Below are positions 37,273 through 48,000 of a stretch of 64,000 nt of DNA, in pieces. The notes under the pieces are model-generated. The model had not been told where the DNA came from. It made no database searches and saw only the letters and a program-made list of their open reading frames with translations. The position numbers were made by a program, and so were the translations under genes. How positions within the stretch are numbered: position 1 is the stretch's first letter; each line of letters opens with the position of its first letter. Source of the stretch: Styela clava (lineage: Eukaryota); the NCBI RefSeq assembly GCF_964204865.1, contig NC_135250.1:26908001-26972000 (forward strand). Direction: 5' to 3'.

Positions 37273-38644
37273 TATATTTGTGCTCCGAAATATATTCAAT
37301 TGAGGTTTGTAACATCCGTCAATTTCAATTATTATGTATTCCGCGAAAATCATTTAAAATTTAGCACGTATTCTCGTTGCACAATCAATTGGCCGTAATG
37401 ATTAAGTAGGCCTACAACTCAAATAAACATTAAGTTTAATTTTCAATGATTTCATAATAATTGGAAGTCTAATTTTTTGAACGGCATAGAGAAAGATTTA
37501 CCTCAAGAATATAAGAACATTATCCCAGAAAAACAAATCTGTACACGAATGTAAAATAAAAAACGTGGTAATTAGTATTATCCATTTGTAACTATTTGTC
37601 GTCAATTTACGCTTCTGTATATACCGCAATCTTCAATAACACGCGATCTTCAATACAGCACAGTTTTTTTCTTTACACAGTTCATATCATCCTTTTGGGA
37701 TTCATCGTGAACACTATTAATTGTCAGTTTGTTTTATTTTCACCTCAGAATACATTTTATAGTATTCGGTGAATAGTTCATTACAAACAATGAATAATGA
37801 GTATCTTATATCGCAGGCGTGGCCAAAAAATTCCACCGTTGCAAATAATCTCGGTTTAGTGGGCGCATTTTTAATGGAATCGTCACAAAAAATAAGTTCC
37901 ATTTTATTTGTTAATTTGGTTATTCAGATTTAAGGCCTAATGCCACTGCTTCCGTTGCATATACAATCTACCACATTACTCTTGGGGCGCGAGTGAGACA
38001 ATAACTTTCGCATGCCGCAGAAGGTATTCTTTTGGTATAGGATCTTTTCTCGGTCAAAACATATGATATTCAGCATGTTCATTTCTAAATCTTGGCAATG
38101 GTGAAACTTTTATTTATTACGTTCTAATATGCTCTGTCAGGCTATGTTATTACATTGACTTAAACATCAGGCGCGATCGACTATTTGAGACGTGGCGATC
38201 GACCGCTCGACGTGTTGGCCACCCTTGTTATATAGTAAATTAGTATGCACGAAAATGTCCTAACAAGTGTGGAACTGAGATGATTTATATTAAAACTGAT
38301 TCGTCATTGTGATATGGGTTGGAGTTATTTAATTTATGCCTAGTGAAAAAAACAAGTTATGGCTGTTTATAATTCTAAGAAAGTCTACATTAACTAGTTC
38401 TACTCCGATTAATATAATTGATTTGAAAAACAACAGTCAAATCTCACTAAAATAACAACATTATTCCTATATATATTTTCAGGAATGGCAGTAGTATGTT
38501 CTCAATTTTGGTCGGCACGCGGAGGAATTTTGTCATTAAATTTTGACGATTTTGGCACGCAATCCGAAAAAGGTTGCCCACCCCTGACCCAGTACAAGGA
38601 AAAAATTTAAAAACTGGTGTTCTTGGTGATATATTTCTCTATAC

Positions 38645-40014
38645 CAGTGTTTCCCAACCCGAGTCCGTTTGAATGAGTCCGCAACGAGCCAGCAATTCAC
38701 TGCGGGTCGCAAACGTTCTTGCGAAACCTAACTATCAGCCAAGTTACGATTTACGTTAGAATTTACATAAAACACGAAAAGCAAGTTCATTCACATAGCA
38801 TTAATCGAGTCAATATTTACTGGTTACTAAGTAGGGCTAGGCATATATTAGAATATTCAGTTATTAGAATAGCAATTTACTATTCGAAAATTTGGTAACA
38901 GGTGAGGCGACAGGTCACGTGCGCGTCGCTTAATCAAACGATTGTATTTCACAACTCACTTGCGGATTTCCAATGAAAACACGAGTCTGCACACGCATCG
39001 ATAGATATCTAAGTGGTTTTCGAACAACGAGGAATATATTTTTTTCTGGTTGGTGTCAATGGTGGCAACCCAAATTTTCTAAATTGAAAAGCGGCAATAC
39101 AAAATACTTGAAAAAAAAACGGAGAACATCACAAGTTTTATTTTATGATTGTCCGCGACCGATTAAAAACGCTTTTTCAGACATTGCAAATCGCAACATT
39201 TCGGGTGCTACTTTAGTATAAGTACCAGGGCATTTTCCCTTAAGAATTCTTTGCTTTACTGCCTCCACATTGGTACGTACAGTAATGTAGCGCCGTAAGC
39301 GTTGTACGAACAGCCCATATTTGTCGAATTTACAAAAATACGAATCAAAACAAAATATAATCGGGCACTTTACCACGCGGTTTTGTGTCCACGGATTGTC
39401 ATAGTATTGCTTTTATTTCGTCAACACAACCGCTGTTAAAATGATCACAATTAAATTAAAAATAATAAAGCAAGGCGATGGATATGTCTTTTTGATTTAC
39501 TAATATATTTTAAATATATTTTTAATATGTTCTAAATCAAGTTGAAATTTATAGCAAACAGTAGGATTTTTCTAACGGCGATAACGAATTCGCAAGATCG
39601 CTAAAAATACGTATCAAAACCAAATATAATCGGGCAATATATTCTCACATTATTATGTTAGCAGATTGCCGTGGCATTTTAAAGAAGTAATGCTTCCATC
39701 TTGTCGTAAGTGCACGCAACGCGATTTACCATGAACACAATTAAATAAAAATAGAAAGACATTTTAAACCCTCGTCGTTGTCATGGATTGAATATTGTGC
39801 GTCAGAAAAGGCCATTATACACTTAAAAAGCCGGCTTATTTAACGGACGCGTAATCGCTTCGAATTTCCGATTTCGAAATTCGATAAAATTCTGTTGTGT
39901 TTGGTTTTATTGCCTCTTCACACAGAGTACGGTTGCAATAAATGCACCTTGAGTACGCAAAGGTTTTCGCCGATGAGAAAATAGTCCGCGACCGAAAAAG
40001 GTTGGAAAACGCTG
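38645..40014. mobile_element. hAT-type non-autonomous element, probably with a nested TAGGGCT element from ~38832
   Basis: TIR CAGTGTTTCCCAACC/GGTTGGAAAACGCTG, perfect 8-bp TSD CTCTATAC. Confidence 0.85.
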
Positions 40015-40091
40015 CTCTATACCCTAATCACCGATGCTGCACTACAACGACCAACCTGTTGTCCAATAAAAATCCCTGTCGACGAGAAAAG
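40015..40091 (+). promoter_or_regulatory. Putative non-coding first exon / TSS region, copy R
   Basis: Mirror of 33522-33595; donor AAG|GTAATT at 40091/40092. Confidence 0.5.
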
Positions 40092-40757
40092 GTAATTCCC
40101 CCGCAATGCAAAGTTGGGTTCGTTACTTTTTGCAAAATCTTTCCACTTTTCAGATGTTCTTCAGGCTGTTCGTTTCGGGCCGATTTGTATTGTATTCGGT
40201 GTTTACTTAGCTTAGGTTAATATCAATATATCAGTTTAAAGGTAAATATTAAATTTACTTCATGTGTATATAGAACGATTCATATCTGTGGGCTGTGTTG
40301 TCCAAAGTACATGGCAGCTAGGACTGGACAGATTTCCCATTGGATATGAATAGGATAGGATAAATACTGTATAGTACGCACAGTGGCATAGCTACTAAAA
40401 TAGCGCCTAGATACGCTACCTTTATATGACCTTTATAAATAAAGCTGATAGAATTCCAAGTGGACAAAATGTCAAAACATCATCTAATTGGAAAGAGAGC
40501 AATGGTCAAATATATGGACACAAATCTAAGTTATCGATAAGGTGAAGTTTCAGTACAGCACCAAGTTTGCTGGAAAGATTGGCAGACAAGCAATATGAGG
40601 CGGAAAATATAATAAAATAAATTGTTCACATATTTTATAAAAAAAGTGTTCCCGACCATTGGGTGAAATTTTAAGCCCCAATAACACTCTGAATAAATAT
40701 GAAAATTATAAAAGTAGCCTGCTTGCAACTTCAACTATTTTCAATAGTCGATTAAAG

Positions 40758-41126
40758 CAGGGGTGTGCTACGTGTGACCTGCGGGCCAAATGCAGCCCAC
40801 AAGGAAAAATTTTGCGGATCGATGATACGTGCCAATTTTGAATTGTGTGCGGCCCGCGGAACAAAATTCTAACTTAGTTTAATCTAATATGTCTGAGTAA
40901 TCCCAATCCCTTTGCGTTGCAAAGCCTATACCTGAGTCCAAATTTTATGACGTTCTAATGCCCTAACAGCTAGCTTGAGTGAAGCGAACAACACATGTCA
41001 TAAGATCAATTTTCAGGATTTTTGTACGTACAAGTACTTAAGAGCATATGGTAAAAAAGATGCAGCCCGCTGTTTCTCCAAGTTATTTGAATGTGGCCCT
41101 CATGTATTAATGGTTGCACACCCCTG
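40758..41126. mobile_element. hAT MITE (paralogous copy ~30085-30417; relatives 25708-26030, 45297-45625, 31447-31817)
   Basis: CAGGGGTGTGC...GCACACCCCTG; TSD GATTAAAG/GCTTAAAG. Confidence 0.75.
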
Positions 41127-41323
41127 GCTTAAAGTATTTAAATGATCGAAATTTCTGTTTTTTTTTTCTCTTATTTTCTTCATATCTAATAATTTATTAT
41201 TTAAGCACCCTTCTTATATTTTAAATAATCATCTCGCCAAATATAACAAAAAAACTATTAGCAAATTTTGACAAGGGCACCTATACTGTATACGATATAC
41301 TTATTTATTTATGCAACATATTT

Positions 41324-41662
41324 ATAGGATAGGATAGGAATTACATATTTATCCCGGGGGAGAGGAAAGTCGATAAAACGGCTTATCCATATGGCGAACC
41401 ACGGCCTCTCGTTCGGTTACCATTCCAAGTCGGGTATGGGATCAGCTAGTTATTTTATTTTTTCGGAAGCATGGACTTGGTGGTGGAGGAAGCCGTAACC
41501 GACCAGCGGTTACGTGAACCACCCTACAGCGGCGAGGATTCCAGCAACCCTCTCGCACATAACCATCCCGCATGGTATTCGAACCTGCGAACCCCACGCA
41601 GACTAATTAGAGGTGCGGTGGCGAGCGTATTCCTAACGCTTAGCACGATGAGCCACACCGCC
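41324..41662 (-). mobile_element. Full-length tRNA-derived SINE (family 1)
   Basis: A box-like TGGCTCATCGTG, B box GGTTCGAATAC, 3' tail (ATCCT)n. Absent at the paralogous site ~29870. Confidence 0.85.
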
Positions 41663-42011
41663 ATGCCTTTATACGGCTTTTTCTTTGAACAAGTCCCTGC
41701 AAGCACCTTCTCTCTTTGGTTCAGCAATGCCTACTAAATTTTCAGCATCAATAATTACAGCAGACATATTCCCGATTTGAAGCATAAAAATGCCTTCCTA
41801 TCAATGAAAATTGATGGGGAAGGCACATTACTGTCCCTTTTTTCGGTATTCCAGGAAAAGACAAATAAACCGAGCCATCCTATGAGTTAATCCCATAGAA
41901 TAGGATATGAAAAATTGGCGTATTAGCTGGAGATACAATACATGGAATACTTACAAAATCCATTTTATAAACTCATATCCTGTTACCCGTCTTACAGATT
42001 TATTTAGAGTT

Positions 42012-45000
42012 ATGGAAAACAACACAGTACATGTTACTGGTTTTCCCCTTTCTGTTAATAAAGTGAAATTAAAACTGTTTGTTGAAAACAATATAGGACT
42101 CGATATAATAGAAGATGTGGAGAAAAGAGACGATGTTGTAGTGTTCAATTTTAAAAATGCGCATGGTAATTGTAGTTTTTGGGTGTTTTTTTTAATTTTA
42201 AAAAATTCGTTCAGAAGTTCTCTAACCTTTTTTTTTGAGTTTTGATGTTTTTAGGATTCGTTCGTCATATTTTCACTTCATGAAAGGCTCTGGTTTAGCA
42301 GCCACTAATACATTGGAACATCATTTTCTATATTGACATTCTCTTCCAAAATTATTACACCATTACCGTAGTGGTGGACAAGAAATATGTTTGACATATT
42401 TACTAATCTGTGACACCAGAATAATGAGGCTTTTATTCACATTTCTGCATATTGATTTTTGATAGAAAAAATGTAATTTTAATTTCTAAAAATGTTTAAT
42501 AAAACTCAAAACTGTGATGCCATGCAGGATAATCAGCATTACCATTGCAAGCATGCTTAGAACTTTCAGTACTGGTGAAAACAATCAAATCTTCCATTTT
42601 ATCTTGCCTTATTTTCGACTGCTCATCTTAGTCTATGAATTATTTTGACGTTGGTTAGTGGGTATGCAGGTTAAAATCTCGAGGGAAATAATTATGATCA
42701 AAAAGATTGCTTGACTTCTCGCGGGCACAGTTTATCGCCTCCTCTACCATCAAAACTATGCTTCTAAAACAAATAGCTGGTTATCTATTCTTATACACGG
42801 CATGGACTGGTAACTGGAAGGGAGGCCATAGTTATTCATATGATTAAGGCATCTTATCTATTTATTATTTGCACCATATGTAACAATTTATTTGTTTCTA
42901 ACATTTTTGATATTTATTTAGGTTTGCAAAAATTTCTTAATGCTGGTCTAAATGAATATACCTTTGGAAATGATAGTTACAAGCTTACAGTAATACAGCA
43001 ACTTACAGAACAATATCCAAGATATGACACAGGTAGGCAGATCAAAAATATATTTATATTTCAGAAGTTAAAAAACACACAGCATTAGCATGATTATACC
43101 AAATTTTGGGATTGAAAATCTGTAAGAAGATAAAGTAAATAAATAATATTAAAACGACAACATACAGTAATACAGTATGAAAAGTTCTATATTTCATATG
43201 GGAATGGAAACACAGGACTCAAAAGTGCTCCATAGGAGTGCTAGATCTTCCCTTATAACTTGAATATAAATGAAAAAATATATGTACCCTGGGGCTCGTC
43301 AAAGATCGTGATAATTCACGAATGCGGTAAAATTGGGTGAAATTCTGGAATACCAATATTGCCAAGCGGGAAATATATATAAACTGTTAAAGTGTCAATC
43401 ATTATTGTATTTTTTATACGGGGCTTATTTTTTTTGTTTTTTCGAACAAGGCCCGCCTTATACAAGGTGCCACGGATAAATAAAGACATAAAAGAAACGG
43501 CTGGTATTGGAAGGAGCCAGGGCCTTTCTGGTTCGGCATTGATAATTTATTATATCCTTGGTCCATTGGCGGCATGACATTTGGTATCCAGGCTGGATAG
43601 CGACTGTCATAATGGCGACTTCATAATAGCGACGTGATCAAGTGAGCGACTGTCCAAACAGCGACTGTCATAATGGCGACTGCATTAAAACAGCGACTGT
43701 TATGATAGCAACTTAACTTTCGGTGCAGAAATGACAAAACAAAGTTAGGGTTAGAGTGTGGGGGATGGAAGGTCTATTGGGGGGGGGGGCTGTTTTAATG
43801 CGGTCGCCATTATGACAGTCGCTCACTTGATTACGTCGCTATTATGAAGTCTCCATTCTGACAGTCGCTATTTGGAACCCGAGCCATGAGATTTGAATAT
43901 AGGAGGAACGTCTGTTGGGTCTAATGGCTCAACTGCTAGTCCATCGCACTCGCAAATTTATAACAGGAATGAAAGAATTTCAGGGATCAAAATTGTGCAT
44001 TTAAAAGATTTAAGAATTCAATCAAGAGTGAATTGTGTTCTAGCATCAGTGTAATAAATTTATTCCAAACACAAATTTATATTATAATGATCACAGGACC
44101 CAGACATCAACAAAGGAATCAAAGATACGGTCCAAGAAATGAGGGTTTTAGAAATGAAAGACCTAACCAACCATATCGACAGAATCCAGGCTTTGAAGGA
44201 GGTAATGCAAGATATGGAGCAAGAGACGATGGTTATGTATACGCAAGAACTAATCAACCGTATCGACAGAATCCAGGATTCCAAAGAGGTGATCCAAGAT
44301 ATGGAGCAAGGGACAATAATTATGGAAACGAGAGAACCGATCAACCATATCGACAGAATCCCGGATTTGGAGGCAGGGACAATAATTATGGAAACGATAG
44401 AACCGATCAACCATATCGACAGAATCCAGGATTTGGAGGCAGGGACAATAAATATGGAAACGAAAGAACCGATCAACCGCATAGACAGAATCCAAGATTT
44501 GACAGAGGCGATGCAGATCAATGGAGGAGAATTTTATATGTCACTCAGATACCACAGCATTTGTGCAATCATCTAGCTTTCAGTTCACATTTCGAAAGGT
44601 AGGACGCTTCTCAGTTTATGAACTTGAACTTTTTTGCACACATTATTTATCTTTGATAAATAAATAAGATTTTTATATTTGTCATGGCGGAGATGAAAGT
44701 TAATGAGAAAGCCTGATTATAAAGGTGACTATGGTCACTCATTTGGGTACCAATTTATATTGGGTATTGGAATAGTTAACCAGAAATTCATTTTAGAACC
44801 ATAAAATATGAGGATAAATGCAAGATTACACTGAAAACCTTTGATCCTTATTTGTACACAAGATTTCATTTATTATTTTTTCTCAAGACAAGGTCACGAG
44901 AACTCACTCAGAAATCAAAGGTCATTTTTTCTAAGCAAAGCTACAGGCAAAGCTACCAAAAGCTTCTGACACTACATATTACCTCCCAGTACCACTCCTA

Positions 45001-48000
45001 GTCAGAAGATAAATTCATTAATCAAGTTTGAAAAATTTGTTCGTGTGTAACAATGATTTTTTTTGTTTTGTTATTTTTGGTTTTTAAACCTCCACCTGTG
45101 TTCCACGCCAACCATACTGTGTCATCATTTTTTTAGGTTTGGACCTCTCGAACATTGCTTGTTCAAACCAAACAGGAGGAATCCTGGATTTCATGGATAT
45201 GTAACATTTAGAAATCATGTGAGTAATATCTCTGTCTAAGGTGTTTCACATCTTTGCCAAAAACAAGGTTCCAAGCAAGCCATAAATAAGGATCTAGGCA
45301 AGGTGTGAATGTTATTCTCAGAGCTTCTGGGCTTTTGAGAGAAAAGGGCCAGCTTCATAGGAAATGAATATCACAGGGCCGCGGGCTGCACTTTTATTTA
45401 TCATAGCCTTTCTAGTAGTTGCAGGCATGAAAAATCATTGTAACGTCATGAGCATAGATAATAAAATGGACGCTGGGTAAAGGGAATGGAATTACTCGCA
45501 TGTACCAGAAACTAAATTTAAAACTTGATTCGTGGGCTATGCATCATTCAAAATAGTCCCTTCTCCGTGGGCCGCACAATTATTTCTTGGTGTACGCATT
45601 TGGACCGCAGGTTGCACACCCCTGGTTTAGAATACTGGTATCTAATTGATGAATTTTGTTCAGAATGATGCTTGCCGAGCAAGGCATGAAGGAGTAAATG
45701 CTGGACCAATGAGTAATCTGAGTATACAATGGGCTGATAGTGAAGGTGATTAGATTGATAATTGTTTTCTAAATTAAGATTATTTTTATATTGCCACTGT
45801 AGAACCAAATAAGCTTGTGTCAAAATTTAGGTTTTGAGAAATTTGTATTTTTGTTATAATTCGGTTCCAAAATAAAAATGGACATAGGGCGTCACCTGCA
45901 ATCAAACGTAAAACAGGTACAGCTTTGAAACTTATACCAAAAGATTGCCGCTTTTCCATTATGACAGAAATTCAAAAAAGCCACATTTTGGTTTTGAAAA
46001 AGTCACATGTTTATAATTTTGGTTTCAGCATCCAACTATAAAAATTAGAAATTACCTAAAATCAAAAGTGAAACAGGTACAGCTTTGCGTAGTATGCATA
46101 TCAAGATGGCGGACACCAGAACGTAGTATGTGTACCAGGTTAGGGTTAGGCCATAATTTTATTCCAATTTACTATATTTCAGTTCTATTACGAGTTCAGG
46201 GACTAGCCAAGTGACTCCTGTAGTATTTATTCCTAAAATTATGGCCTAACCCTAACCTGGTACACATACTACATTCCGGTGTCAACCATCTTGGTACACA
46301 TACTTCAGGAGTACCCAGTTTTGAATACTAGACCAAAATATTGGTGTTTATCCCTAATGACAGTAGATTAAAAAAGTCCATTTCTGAAAAATGTGACATA
46401 AGCTAATTTGGTTTTACTCTGGCGATTCCAAGTTTTATTATTATTGTTCTCTAAAAAAAGAGTCAGTTGTAGGACTTGTCAATGTTTAAGTTAAAATACT
46501 TTAAATTACATGTAAATTGAAATTAGTGAGAGTAGGCCAAAATCATTGCACAAATCATCTCATGATGCAGTGCTTTTGTTCCAAACAATGTAAACTGGTG
46601 GCCTTGGATTTTGAACCCAAGATTTGAAATCTATGATGCCAACTTATTTAAGCCCTATTAATTATTACTATAATTGATCACTATTCTTTCTCTTTTCTTA
46701 TGCAGGTCCCAAACCTACCCCAAACTTTAATGAACCTGGTCCTGGGCCTCGACGCTCATCAGCCACTTCTGATGATAGCGGTTACTCAACACCAGGCAAT
46801 CGTGGTCGAAGAAAAAGAAGGCCGAATGCTAACTCTGCTGGAATATCAAGAATGGGCAAAGCGCCATCTATGCCAGACTTACGCCCTCCAACACCAAGTA
46901 GACCTTTGAATGAAGGCCCTCAACACGCTGTACTTGATCCGATTCAAGAAGAACTTTTCACTGAAACTCATTACTGGAATACATTAAAGAAGATGCCTGA
47001 AACTGAAGGATCTATGTGAGTCTTTATTAGAAATGTTATAATATGAAATTTGATTAAGGCAAAATTCAAATTTGATGCAAAAAAGATTTATACTGAAGGA
47101 TTTAGAATATGAAAGTATTTGTTTTTCATTGAAAGTTTCAATTTTTGATGTGAAGGTAAAACATTGATTGGCAGATGACAAATTTTGATTTTAAAATAAG
47201 AAGTCAAATCCGAACCAGTCACAATGACCCGGATTCAGGCTTATTGTATTGCATAGTGATATATAACTGTACTCAAAATTCCAGTGTATGACATAATATT
47301 ATTTTAAATTGAGTCTTCTTTTATTTTTGTTATACATAATTTAGGTTTCACTTTCATGGCATATCCTAATACGAAATCAAATATGGGTAGCATATGGCAG
47401 CATATTTACTTATACTGGTTGTTCATAAAGTCACATTATATATCTTAGTCATATTTGTTTCATTCTAAAATATTTTACTTCATTTAATACACCTTTAGGG
47501 GCCAATAAACTATACATAGTATCTATAAATGAACAGTATAAATGAATCTAAAATATTTTATAAAATTATGGAATTCGAATAAGCATTTGTAAAATTTCCC
47601 GATAATGATACTATAGTTTCACAAGAGTCTTTATTTGCCAAACTATCTTATGACTCATGTATAAATACAGTTTATTCAAACATAAATCAGCTGGTTTTGT
47701 TTACTGTGTGATAACAGCAAGCATAGCCAGCGTTGTGTGTTTGTTCATTACACTGAGTCTTTGTTTAACACCCACGCTTCAGAAATAATTAATAGAACTC
47801 AATACTTTATGTCTAGCAAATGAAGGATTAATATTTTTATATCTCGCTTATTCAGGTCTTTTGCTCTGAATAAAGAATTAATTAAACAGCCACTGACTGT
47901 TATCTAACAATCTTCTATTTTTTGAAACAAATCATCTTTTCATTTTCGGCATTTTTCACCCAATTTATCACACCGTGGGTGAGGCTGGAACATGGAATTT

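Noticed and set aside
33650-38588. Third gene (e.g. a DTX3L-like partner) in the spacer
   Set aside because: Short ORFs here overlap MITEs and SINEs and show no recognisable domain or consistent exon chain.
41570-41662. tRNA gene
   Set aside because: A/B boxes are present but there is no convincing cloverleaf, and it continues into a repeated SINE body and tail.
43451-43560. Extra exon between exons 2 and 3
   Set aside because: The in-phase frame stops after 9 codons, and the nearby GT gives an incompatible phase.
44150-44500. CRISPR-like array
   Set aside because: Units are contiguous tandem coding repeats with no unique spacers; eukaryotic context with no cas genes.
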